From Candidatus Nealsonbacteria bacterium (lineage in GTDB: Bacteria > Patescibacteriota > Minisyncoccia > Minisyncoccales > MHMH01), in assembly GCA_016181965.1 (NCBI GenBank), contig JACOYH010000003.1, positions 129,013 through 193,012 of the forward strand: 64,000 nt of DNA, in the 5' to 3' direction. Of the stretch, positions 8,908-17,221 are shown piece by piece (positions within the stretch are counted from its first letter, which is position 1; every line of letters starts with the position of its first letter). Under the pieces are notes generated by a model. The model saw nothing but the letters and a program-made list of their open reading frames with translations, did no database searches and was not told where the DNA came from. Position numbers and translations under genes: made by a program.

Positions 8908-8985
8908 GGCCCTATCGTCTAGCTCGGTTTAGGACACATGGTTCTCAACCATGTAACACCGGTTCAAATCCGGTTGGGGCCGCCA
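8908..8985 (+). tRNA. tRNA-Glu (anticodon CTC), CCA encoded
   Basis: Cloverleaf read by hand. Acceptor GGCCCTA/TGGGGCC, anticodon stem CATGG/CCATG with loop TTCTCAA, T-arm ACCGG-TTCAAAT-CCGGT, 3' GCCA. Confidence 0.85.
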
Positions 8986-9022
8986 GCAAATTGCCGCCTT
9001 TTTAATTTTTAACGGTCAATCT

Positions 9023-9070
9023 GGTTGAAGCCAGGCTCTAACCGAATTCGGTTAGAGCCTGGCTTCAACC
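9023..9070. repeat. 48-nt perfect palindrome, family B copy 1
   Basis: GGTTGAAGCCAGGCTCTAACCGAA|TTCGGTTAGAGCCTGGCTTCAACC. Related copy at 15175..15222. Confidence 0.9.
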
Positions 9071-9090
9071 AACTCACTACCGAACATTGA

Positions 9091-9146
9091 TATTAGCGGG
9101 ATCGTTTCTCGCTAGTAATTACTAGCGAGAAACGATCCCGCTAATA
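9091..9146. repeat. 56-nt perfect palindrome (family C, single copy in window)
   Basis: TATTAGCGGGATCGTTTCTCGCTAGTAA|TTACTAGCGAGAAACGATCCCGCTAATA. Confidence 0.9.
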
Positions 9147-9163
9147 CTCGTGCCCCATCGTTA

Positions 9164-9192
9164 TTGACAGGGTTTTTAATTTGTGCTAATCT
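9164..9192 (+). promoter_or_regulatory. sigma70-like promoter
   Basis: TTGACA (9164-9169), 17-nt spacer, TAATCT (9187-9192). Confidence 0.5.
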
Positions 9193-9367
9193 GGTTTTAG
9201 CACAATAAGCAGGGCAACTCCGCAAGTTCGCCGCTCGGGGAAATAGTCCTCGGGAGCCCCCAACGTGCCGGCGTTGAGGCGTTAGTTTCCGGCCGTTTTG
9301 CAAGATATTAGATGCTTCCGGCAATTAGCGGGGTTATTGCTGGATTAATCCATCAGTGGAGGCGGTG

Positions 9368-9559
9368 GTGAAAGTAGTTTGCCCTAACGGTTGCGATTCA
9401 GCGCAGCTGGATCGTCAATCGGGCGGTGGTTTCCGGGTTCGGGGGATATATTATCCTCCCGAGGTCGAGTATCGCTGTCGCGTTTGCGATTGGCATGCTA
9501 AATGGCTCGAAGAGAGCGGACTGCAAGTTCGTTTTCAGGGGGTCGGAAGAGACCTCTAA
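9368..9559 (+). CDS. small zinc-ribbon protein (CxxxC...CxxC), hypothetical
   Basis: ORF 9356..9559. GGAGG at 9358-9362 favours GTG 9368. CPNGC and CRVC pairs. GC-rich. Own terminator downstream. Confidence 0.4.
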   Translation: MKVVCPNGCDSAQLDRQSGGGFRVRGIYYPPEVEYRCRVCDWHAKWLEESGLQVRFQGVGRDL

Positions 9560-9570
9560 GCTAAGCGTTA

Positions 9571-9601
9571 AGGGCTTCGTTACACAACGAGGCCCTTTTT
9601 T
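9571..9601 (+). terminator. intrinsic terminator
   Basis: AGGGCTTCGT-tacaca-ACGAGGCCCT (one G.U pair) followed by a T-run. Confidence 0.7.
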
Positions 9602-9609
9602 GTTACAAT
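9601..9609 (+). promoter_or_regulatory. extended -10 TGtTACAAT, 6 nt upstream of ATG 9616
   Basis: TGT 9601-9603, TACAAT 9604-9609, gaaata, then ATG. No SD. Confidence 0.45.
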
Positions 9610-9615
9610 GAAATA

Positions 9616-12351
9616 ATGGCGCACACTTATTGGCATGCGCTTTCGTGGCAGGAAGCGATAAAAAAACTTGATTCGAATGCGGAAAACGGCCTGTCGCAAG
9701 ACGAGGTTCTTTTGAGGCAGAAAAAAATCGGCAAAAACACTCTTCCCGAAGAGAGACCGTTATCGGGCGTAATGATTTTTTTTGGTCAACTCAAAAGTCC
9801 GCTTATTTATATTTTGCTTGCCGCCGGAACCGTTGCGCTTTTTTTTAGGGAATGGCCCGACGCTACTGTAATTTTCGGCGCGGTTTTGCTCAACACCGCA
9901 GTCGGTTTTTTTCAGGAGCGAAAAGCCAGCCGCGCTCTTTTTGCCTTAAAAAAAGTTGTGAGAATTAAGGCCGATATTATCAGGGAGGGCCACGAAATAG
10001 AGATTGACCACCAAGAGATTGTACCGGGCGACATCGTCATTCTTTCCGCAGGCAAAAAGACACCAGCCGATGCCCGGCTCATAGAAGCGCGCGGTTTAAG
10101 TGTAAATGAAGCGCCGCTAACCGGGGAATGGCTTAGCGCCGTAAAGTCAACTCACGCGCTGAAAGAAGACACATCATTAGCCGACCGAGATAATATGGTT
10201 TATATGGGCACTGCGATTGTTGAGGGCAAGGGCAGGGCAGTAGCCGTAGCCACCGGAAACAAAACAGAAGTTGGCCGTATAGCTGTTTTAGTCAAGGAAA
10301 CGAAAGAGGAAAAAACCCCTTTACAGAAAAAATTAGCCAATTTCAGCAAGGTGATTGGCATTGTGGTTGTTTTTATGACCGGTTTTATTTTTCTTGGCGG
10401 CATTGCCAAAGGCGAGCCATTTTTGGAGATGTTTATGACTTCAGTGGCCGTGGCTGTGGCAGCCATTCCCGAGGGGTTGCCCGTGGCAATGACCGTAATT
10501 TTGACCCTGGGCATGCAACGAATTCTCAAAAGGAAGGGTTTGGTACGAAAGCTGGTGGCCGCAGAAATTTTAGGCAGTACTTCAATTATCGCCACCGATA
10601 AAACCCTAACACTAACCGAAGGTAAAATGCAGGTTGAGAAAACGTTCACCTGGGATGCCGCCATTGCCACTAACGCAAAACATGGCTGGGAAGATGTTTT
10701 TAAGCGTAACTTTAATGAAGAACAAAATTTCTTAATGAAAGCAGCGGCCCTATGCAGCCAAGCGTTTGTTGAAAATCCCGAAGAGCTCTATCCGTTTTGG
10801 CGCGTTAGGGGCGGGCCCACAGACAGCGCGCTTTTGCTGGCCGGCGCCATGGTGGGCATTCGAAAGCATGAATTGGAGATAGTTTACAAAAAGGAGGATG
10901 AAATTCCTTTTAATGCCGAAAATAAATATGTTGCCGCTTTGATTGGCGCGAAGCCCGCGTCAGAAATCACAAGGGAAACAAAAATATCACTAATCCGCGA
11001 CCCAATTCTTGAAGAAGCTGAGCGGGTGCTTTTCGTTTCGGGAGCTCCAGAAAAAATTATCGAAATATCTAATGGTGTTCTCCATGGCAGAGGAGTGGAA
11101 AAAATGAAGCCCGAAATGGCCCTGCGGCTTCAGGAGCAATTAGAAGAAATGACCAGCCGCGGACTGCGAGTGGTGGGTGTCGGTTACAAAGAAATGCGCG
11201 ACGAAAAATACAATCGGTTAGAGGACGAAGTAAATGATTTAATTTTTATTGGTTTTATAGGATTAAAAGACCCCCTAAGGCCCGAGGCAAAGGAGGCCAT
11301 AGGCCTTTGTCGGAAGGCCGGCATGAAACCAATTATTGTCACCGGCGACCATCTATTGACAGCCAAAGCGATAGGCGAAGAAATAGGCCTCAAAACCGGC
11401 GCTAAAAACATTATTAATGGCCCCGATATTGATGGAATGACAGAAAAAGAATTTCAGGAAAGAGTGAAAGAAATTGAAATATATTCCCGCGTGGAGCCAA
11501 GGCATAAACTAATGATAGTAGGGGCGTGGCAGAAAATGGGCAAAGTGGTGGCTATGACCGGCGACGGCATCAACGACGCGCCCGCCCTTAAGAAAGCCGA
11601 TATTGGAATTGCCCTCGGCTCGGGCACCGATGTGGCCAAGGAGGTGTCCGATCTCATTCTTTTGACCGATAATTTTAGCATTATCGTTGCGGCGATTGAA
11701 GAGGGCAGGGCGATTATTGATAACATCAGAAAGGTGATAACTTATTTGCTTTCCGACTCTTTTACCGAGACAATTTTAGTGGGAGCCAGTTTGCTTTTGG
11801 GTTGGCCGTTGCCCCTTACCGCCGTTCAGATTCTTTGGATTAATCTTATAGAAGACGGGTTGCCGGGAGTAGCTTTGGCCTTCGAACCAAAAGAGGCGGG
11901 TATTTTAGAAAGAAAGCCCAAAGATCACAACGCCCATCTTCTGACAAAAGAGATGAAAGTTATTATTTTTTTTATCGGCATCGCGACCGATATTCTCCTT
12001 CTCGGACTTTTATGGTGGCTTCTGAACGATAGCCGCGAGCTCAACCATATTAGGACGATAATGTTCGCCGCCCTCGGCATCGATTCTTTATTCTATATAT
12101 TCTCCTGCAAGAATCTTAGAAAAAATATCTGGCAGGTCAATCCTTTTTCTAATAAATTTTTAGTCCTTTCATGGTTAGTCGGAATGACTGCGCTGGCGGC
12201 GGCAGTTTACTTGCCTTTCTTGAATGTTCTACTGGAAACTGTTCCCCTGGATTTTGGAGAGTGGATTATAATTTTGGGACTGGGCGTTGCCAATATTTTA
12301 CTAATTGAAGCGGCAAAATATTATTTTATCGCGAGGCACCGAACGGAGTAA
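9616..12351 (+). CDS. P-type ATPase, P2 (Ca2+/cation-transporting) type
   Basis: 911 aa. LTGEW (TGE), DKTLTLT at the phosphorylation site, MTGDGINDAPALKKADIGIA, about 10 TM segments. N-terminus HALSWQEAIKKLDS is typical of Ca-ATPases. Confidence 0.9.
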   Translation: MAHTYWHALSWQEAIKKLDSNAENGLSQDEVLLRQKKIGKNTLPEERPLSGVMIFFGQLKSPLIYILLAAGTVALFFREWPDATVIFGAVLLNTAVGFFQERKASRALFALKKVVRIKADIIREGHEIEIDHQEIVPGDIVILSAGKKTPADARLIEARGLSVNEAPLTGEWLSAVKSTHALKEDTSLADRDNMVYMGTAIVEGKGRAVAVATGNKTEVGRIAVLVKETKEEKTPLQKKLANFSKVIGIVVVFMTGFIFLGGIAKGEPFLEMFMTSVAVAVAAIPEGLPVAMTVILTLGMQRILKRKGLVRKLVAAEILGSTSIIATDKTLTLTEGKMQVEKTFTWDAAIATNAKHGWEDVFKRNFNEEQNFLMKAAALCSQAFVENPEELYPFWRVRGGPTDSALLLAGAMVGIRKHELEIVYKKEDEIPFNAENKYVAALIGAKPASEITRETKISLIRDPILEEAERVLFVSGAPEKIIEISNGVLHGRGVEKMKPEMALRLQEQLEEMTSRGLRVVGVGYKEMRDEKYNRLEDEVNDLIFIGFIGLKDPLRPEAKEAIGLCRKAGMKPIIVTGDHLLTAKAIGEEIGLKTGAKNIINGPDIDGMTEKEFQERVKEIEIYSRVEPRHKLMIVGAWQKMGKVVAMTGDGINDAPALKKADIGIALGSGTDVAKEVSDLILLTDNFSIIVAAIEEGRAIIDNIRKVITYLLSDSFTETILVGASLLLGWPLPLTAVQILWINLIEDGLPGVALAFEPKEAGILERKPKDHNAHLLTKEMKVIIFFIGIATDILLLGLLWWLLNDSRELNHIRTIMFAALGIDSLFYIFSCKNLRKNIWQVNPFSNKFLVLSWLVGMTALAAAVYLPFLNVLLETVPLDFGEWIIILGLGVANILLIEAAKYYFIARHRTE

Positions 12352-12357
12352 ATTTAT

Positions 12358-13308
12358 ATGTGGCTTTATATTATAATTTTTTTGGTATCCTGCGCCATGC
12401 TGGTGCGATCGGGCGCCTGGGTGGTAAGGGCACTCACAAAAATTACCAAATACTTGCGCATGACGGAATTTATGGTGTCTTTTATGATAATGTCTTTTGC
12501 TACCACTATGCCCGAGCTTTTTGTGGGTGTTGTTTCGGCTCTTGGCGGCCAGCCGCAGCTTTCTTTCGGCAATGTCATTGGTTCCAATATTATCAATCTT
12601 ACTTTAGCGGTCGCTATAGCTGTTTTCGTGGCTAGGGGATTGAAATGCGAAGGCGCGGTCTTACGAAGAAGCGCAATTTATACTTTAATTATTGCCTCTT
12701 TACCTATGATTTTGATGCTGGACGGCGCCATATCGCGAGTGGATGGCATTATTTTGCTCTTGGCCTTAGCAATGTATATGCGGCTTCTTTTTTATCAGCG
12801 AGAAAAATTTACCAAAATTTTCAATCATGAATTCAATGGCGAGTGGCAGAAATTCAAGATTTTCCTAAAAAGTTTCCTCGTCTTTTTCGGCGCTTTGGCC
12901 CTGCTGTTGATTTCGGCAGAAGGTGTTGTTTGGTCGTCTACTCGCCTTGCTGAATTTTTCGGTTTGCCGTTAATGGTTATCGGGGCGATCGTAGTGGCTT
13001 TGGGCACGAATTTGCCGGAGATTACTTTTGGCATAAGGGCCATAACATTGGGGCATAAAGAAATGGTTTTGGGTAATTTACTGGGCGCTGTAGTTTCCAA
13101 CTCAACTTTAGTGCTCGGTATAACAGTGCTTATTTACCCATTGGAAGTGCCCGATCTCGCGCCCTACGCGGCCGGCATTATTTTTAGTATGGCGGCTCTG
13201 TTATTTTTTACTATCTTCTCCCGCACTGGTAGAGAGATAAATAAAAAAGAGGCATTTTTTCTCCTCTTGATTTATCTCGGTTTTGTCGCCGCCGAAATAT
13301 TCATATAA
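12358..13308 (+). CDS. Ca2+/Na+ antiporter (CaCA/YrbG family)
   Basis: 316 aa polytopic. Alpha-repeat motifs GNVIGSNIINLTL and GNLLGAVVSNSTLVLG. Confidence 0.85.
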   Translation: MWLYIIIFLVSCAMLVRSGAWVVRALTKITKYLRMTEFMVSFMIMSFATTMPELFVGVVSALGGQPQLSFGNVIGSNIINLTLAVAIAVFVARGLKCEGAVLRRSAIYTLIIASLPMILMLDGAISRVDGIILLLALAMYMRLLFYQREKFTKIFNHEFNGEWQKFKIFLKSFLVFFGALALLLISAEGVVWSSTRLAEFFGLPLMVIGAIVVALGTNLPEITFGIRAITLGHKEMVLGNLLGAVVSNSTLVLGITVLIYPLEVPDLAPYAAGIIFSMAALLFFTIFSRTGREINKKEAFFLLLIYLGFVAAEIFI

Positions 13309-13338
13309 AAGCGGCATCTTCATTGATGCCGCGTTTTA
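13307..13338. terminator. bidirectional terminator between convergent genes
   Basis: AAAA-GCGGCATC-ttcatt-GATGCCGC-GTTTTA. Confidence 0.7.
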
Positions 13339-13719
13339 TTATGGCTTCGGGGGTTGCTCCGATTGCGAAGAGTCATAGATCTCTTGGTATAATCTTTCTT
13401 GTTCTAATTGCCAGGCACGCGCCGCCTGATTAACATTCCAGTTGCCAGCTCTATCTTTTTGATTTTCTAAATCAATAGGAAAGTCAGTAATGCGACAGCT
13501 GATATTCTGGTCTAATGTCACCACGGGCTGTTGTTCAACAACGCTCCCGTCTTTGTCCAATATGATATTGATCCAGAGAATTTTTACGGCTACCGGTCCA
13601 TTTCTGGTCTCTTGGCCCCCAGTGAATCGCATCACGAGCACGACGATCCCGAGCAATAAAAGAACAGCTACGGCAAGCAGGACGAGTTGATTCCTTCGCT
13701 TTAGCTGTAGTAGTTGCAT
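13339..13719 (-). CDS. hypothetical membrane-anchored protein
   Basis: 126 aa. N-terminal TM (LVLLAVAVLLLLGIVVLVM). GGGGGTGG SD upstream. No family recognised. Confidence 0.5.
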   Translation of the reverse strand: MQLLQLKRRNQLVLLAVAVLLLLGIVVLVMRFTGGQETRNGPVAVKILWINIILDKDGSVVEQQPVVTLDQNISCRITDFPIDLENQKDRAGNWNVNQAARAWQLEQERLYQEIYDSSQSEQPPKP

Positions 13720-13782
13720 TTTTAGCCACCCCCTGTGAAAGTTCAGTCTTGATAATTAAATTGTAGCTCTCGTATGATTAGC

Positions 13783-13811
13783 TTGTCAATTGAGCAACCA
13801 ATTGTTAAAAT
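13783..13811 (+). promoter_or_regulatory. promoter TTGTCA-17-TGtTAAAAT, 6 nt upstream of rmuC ATG
   Basis: TTGTCA 13783-13788, TAAAAT 13806-13811 preceded by TGT, atctta, then ATG 13818. Confidence 0.5.
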
Positions 13812-13817
13812 ATCTTA

Positions 13818-14819
13818 ATGACTGATTTCTTTTTTATTTCATTGAGTATTTTCTCAATGATTGTAGTCGTGACAGTAGCTTTATTTTTCTGGAGAAAGAT
13901 AAATGTCGATCAGAATCAGTCGGCCAGCATTAAAGATCTGGAAAGGCGGCTTACCGACCTGATGATGGTTCAACTGAAAGAAATAAGAGATAGCCAGACG
14001 GGCACTTCCCGGGCAATGAACGAGCAGATTCGCTCGTTTACCCAAGAAGCGACTCGGATTAGAGAGGACATAAAACAAGTCCAGGAAAGAGTGAAAGACG
14101 TGTCTTCGTTTCAGGAAATTTTCAAAGCGCCAAAATTGAGGGGTCAGTGGGGCGAGGCATCGCTGGAACATATTCTTTCTCAACACTTCCCGCAAGAATT
14201 ATACGAAATGGAGCACTTATTTTTATCCGGAGAGAGGGTTGACGCGGTTCTGAAACTTCCTAACGGCCGGCTCTTGCCAATTGATGCCAAATTTCCGGCT
14301 GAAAACTTTGTTAGAATGATAGAGACGTCTGGCGAAGAAAGAGACGGCTTTCAGGCGAGGTTCGTCTCCGACCTGAAGGGGCATATTGATAAAATCGCAG
14401 GAAAGTATATAATACCTTCCGAGTCCACTGTTGAGTTTGCCTTAATGTATATCCCGGCCGAAGCCATATATTATGAGATAGTTAATAATATCGGCAGGGA
14501 TATTGACTTGACAAATTACGCCTGGACAAGGAAAATCATTCTGACTTCGCCAAACACCATTTATCTGACCCTGCGAACGATAGAGCATTGGTTCAAAGAC
14601 ACCCAGATTTCAAGGCAGACGCAGGAAATTCTAAAACGTCTGGACAGGGTTCAGCAGGATGCCGGCAAATTGACGCAGGATTTTCGCAAATTGGGCGCGC
14701 ACTTGAGAAATGCGGTTTCGTCATACGATACCTCGGAAAAACGCCTTACTTTATTTTCGGATAAAGTTGAACGGCTGAAAGAATTTAAAGAAGTTAAAAA
14801 ACTTAAACCCACAAAATAA
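13818..14819 (+). CDS. rmuC: DNA recombination protein RmuC
   Basis: N-terminal TM plus coiled coil, then VDAVLKLPNGRLLPIDAKFPAENF..ALMYIPAEAIYYE, typical of RmuC. Confidence 0.85.
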   Translation: MTDFFFISLSIFSMIVVVTVALFFWRKINVDQNQSASIKDLERRLTDLMMVQLKEIRDSQTGTSRAMNEQIRSFTQEATRIREDIKQVQERVKDVSSFQEIFKAPKLRGQWGEASLEHILSQHFPQELYEMEHLFLSGERVDAVLKLPNGRLLPIDAKFPAENFVRMIETSGEERDGFQARFVSDLKGHIDKIAGKYIIPSESTVEFALMYIPAEAIYYEIVNNIGRDIDLTNYAWTRKIILTSPNTIYLTLRTIEHWFKDTQISRQTQEILKRLDRVQQDAGKLTQDFRKLGAHLRNAVSSYDTSEKRLTLFSDKVERLKEFKEVKKLKPTK

Positions 14820-14820
14820 T

Positions 14821-15135
14821 ATGTTAGCTGTCATTAAAACCGGAGGCAAGCAATATCTTGTCAAACCGGGACAACAAATCAAAATCGAAAAACTGGAAGA
14901 GAAAGCGGGGAGTGAAGCGCACTTCTCTGATGTTTTGCTTGTGGAAAAAAATAAAAAGCTTGAGATTGGCAACCCGCTCGTTTCGGGGGCTAAAGTAACC
15001 AGTAGGGTCATTTCTCACGGCAAAGGCGAGAAGGTCATCATTTTCAAATATAAAGCCAAAAAGAGGTATAAAGTAAAAAAGGGCCATCGCCAGCCCTACA
15101 CTCTAGTCGAAATCACCGGAATAGAAACTAAATAA
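14821..15135 (+). CDS. rplU: 50S ribosomal protein L21
   Basis: MLAVIKTGGKQYLVKPGQ...KKGHRQPYT. Confidence 0.95.
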   Translation: MLAVIKTGGKQYLVKPGQQIKIEKLEEKAGSEAHFSDVLLVEKNKKLEIGNPLVSGAKVTSRVISHGKGEKVIIFKYKAKKRYKVKKGHRQPYTLVEITGIETK

Positions 15136-15174
15136 TACGGGAGCGCAGAGAGTTATTTAAGTTGGTTAGAAGTT

Positions 15175-15222
15175 GGTTAGAGCCAGGCTCTAACCGAACT
15201 CGGTTAGAGCCTGGCTCTAACC
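15175..15222. repeat. 48-nt palindrome, family B copy 2
   Basis: GGTTAGAGCCAGGCTCTAACCGA-ac-TCGGTTAGAGCCTGGCTCTAACC, preceded by a partial direct repeat GTTGGTTAGA (15161-15170). Confidence 0.9.
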
Positions 15223-15224
15223 AG

Positions 15225-15851
15225 TTACTTTCTGTTATCAAGAGAACTTTTTAGGGTTTCCGGGTCGGCGTATTCGAGTTCGCCGCCTATGGGCAGGCCT
15301 CTGCCCAAACGAGTAATTTTTTTGCCAAGGCCTTCCAGCTTTCTCTCAACATATAGAGCCGTATTTTCGCCTTCCGGTGTTGAATTAGTGGCTAATATAA
15401 TCTCGATTATTTCGGGGCCCTTGACCCTTTCCGCCAATTCTTTTGTTCGTAGCATTTCCAAATCTTCCTGTTTTAGCTTTTGGACAGTGCCTCCCAAGAT
15501 AAAATATCTGCCCTTATATTGTTTCGTGTTTTCGAGAGCCGCCAGATCGGATTCCTTTTCGACCACGCAAATAACCCGTTTTTCCCGTCCCGGGTTGCGG
15601 CAAATTTCGCATAGCCACTCCTGATGTTTTGAGGGTTTATCCTGAGCCGCGTCGAAGGGCTCGAATGGATTAAAACAAAAGGAGCAGAGCTTGACCCTTT
15701 CTTTCATTTGTAAAAGCGACTCGGCAAGTTTTTTTACTTCTTCGTCGGATGTCTTGAGCAGGTAGAACACGAAACGCGCGGCGGTGCGCGGGCCTATTGT
15801 TGGAAATTCCGAAAAATGGGCAATGAGTTTTTTTATTGCGGGGGGATACAT
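15225..15851 (-). CDS. recR: recombination protein RecR
   Basis: FPTIGPRTAARFVFYLL (HhH), C4 zinc finger CSFC...CEIC, Toprim (VICVVEKESDLAALE). Confidence 0.9.
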   Translation of the reverse strand: MYPPAIKKLIAHFSEFPTIGPRTAARFVFYLLKTSDEEVKKLAESLLQMKERVKLCSFCFNPFEPFDAAQDKPSKHQEWLCEICRNPGREKRVICVVEKESDLAALENTKQYKGRYFILGGTVQKLKQEDLEMLRTKELAERVKGPEIIEIILATNSTPEGENTALYVERKLEGLGKKITRLGRGLPIGGELEYADPETLKSSLDNRK

Positions 15852-15853
15852 TT

Positions 15854-17218
15854 TTAGAAAAATTCTTCTTCTTGTTGCTGTTTTGCAAGATTGCGGTAAC
15901 TGACTTTCTGGCTGTCAAAAAATAGTTTAATGGCTCCCACGGGTCCGTTTCTATGCTTGGCAATGAGAATTTCCGCCACATTTTGAGGTGTTTCCTCGCC
16001 CTTAACTTTTTCTCTGTAGATAAATAAAACCACATCGGCGTCTTGCTCGAGCGAGCCGCTTTGCCGCAAGTCGGCCAGCCGCGGCCTTGGGGGGGTTCGC
16101 ATTTCGACTGCTCTCGATAATTGCGAGAGGGCTAAAACCGGCACATTCAATTCCCGGGCTAGGGCCTTGAGCGAGCGTGAAATTTCCGTTACCTGCTGGA
16201 CTTCGCCGGCATTGGAGTTGCGCGGCTCCATTAACTGGAGATAGTCAACGATAATCAGGCCCAAGCCCTTTTCGGCTTGCAAACGTCGCGCCATGGCTCT
16301 CATCTGCAAGATGTTGGAGGTGAGCCCGTCGTCTATGTAAATAGGGGCCTCGGAAAGGTCGCCTAATCCCTGTTGGATCATTTGGAAATCATCGGCCGAA
16401 AGTTTGCCGGTTCGCAATTTCCAAAGATCCACTCCGGCTTGAGCGGCAATGAGACGGTCAACTATTTGGTCTTTTGACATTTCCAAGCTGAATATTCCCA
16501 CGGGAAGATTTTGATGGATGGCTATATTTCGCGCAATATCCACAGCCAGCGCCGATTTACCCATGCTGGGCCGGGCGGCAAGAATTATTAAATCGGATTT
16601 TTGAAGACCGGCCAGCATATTGTCTAAGTCGGCAAAGCCGGTGGGTATGCCCCGGATTTGTCCGCCTTGTTTCGAGAGAATGTCCATTCGTTCAAAGGCC
16701 TCAGCTAGCGTGGATTTTACGGGAATAAAGTTTTGACTCAAAGAATGTTGGGCTATGCCAAAAACAACTTTTTCCGCCTGATCCAGCAGTTGGTCAACGT
16801 CTTCGTCTTCTTTGTACCCCATGACGCCTATTTCATATGAGGCGGCAATCAGGTCGCGCAGAATTCTCTTCCTCTGAACAATTTTTGCGTAGGTTGGCGC
16901 ATTTGAGGCAGTCGGCACCGTATTGATAAGATCGGTGAGGTAGGCATTGCCCCCGATTGCCTCAAGCTGGCTCTCTTCGCGGAGTTTAGTCGCTACAGAA
17001 AGCAAATCAACTGGATCGCTTCTCTCAAAAAGTTTTTGTATGGCCGCGTATATTGCCTGATGCGTGCCTTTGTAGAAATCGCGCGGCTGTAAAAAATCTA
17101 CAACCTTAATAATGGCATTCTTATCCAACATTAAAGAACCCAAAAGGCATTGCTCGGCCTCGATATTTTGAGGAGGCACTTTATCGGGGAGTTCTTGGTT
17201 CGAATTTTTTTGCTGCAT
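15854..17218 (-). CDS. dnaB: replicative DNA helicase DnaB
   Basis: PPQNIEAEQCLLGSLM, Walker A ARPSMGKSALA, IIVDYLQLM, SQLSRAVE. Confidence 0.95.
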   Translation of the reverse strand: MQQKNSNQELPDKVPPQNIEAEQCLLGSLMLDKNAIIKVVDFLQPRDFYKGTHQAIYAAIQKLFERSDPVDLLSVATKLREESQLEAIGGNAYLTDLINTVPTASNAPTYAKIVQRKRILRDLIAASYEIGVMGYKEDEDVDQLLDQAEKVVFGIAQHSLSQNFIPVKSTLAEAFERMDILSKQGGQIRGIPTGFADLDNMLAGLQKSDLIILAARPSMGKSALAVDIARNIAIHQNLPVGIFSLEMSKDQIVDRLIAAQAGVDLWKLRTGKLSADDFQMIQQGLGDLSEAPIYIDDGLTSNILQMRAMARRLQAEKGLGLIIVDYLQLMEPRNSNAGEVQQVTEISRSLKALARELNVPVLALSQLSRAVEMRTPPRPRLADLRQSGSLEQDADVVLFIYREKVKGEETPQNVAEILIAKHRNGPVGAIKLFFDSQKVSYRNLAKQQQEEEFF

Positions 17219-17221
17219 TAA

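Noticed and set aside
9041-9050. The GAATTC (EcoRI site) at the exact centre of the 48-nt palindrome as a sign of a cloning or assembly artefact.
   Set aside because: The second copy (15175..15222) has GAACTC at its centre and compensatory arm changes. Several unrelated palindrome families exist. The pattern looks biological.
9193-9355. The leader upstream of the zinc-ribbon ORF and Ca-ATPase as a known riboswitch (M-box, yybP-ykoY, c-di-GMP-I) or as SRP, RNase P, tmRNA or 6S RNA.
   Set aside because: I could not find the conserved core sequences of any of these classes by eye. It remains only an unclassified structured-leader candidate in the findings.
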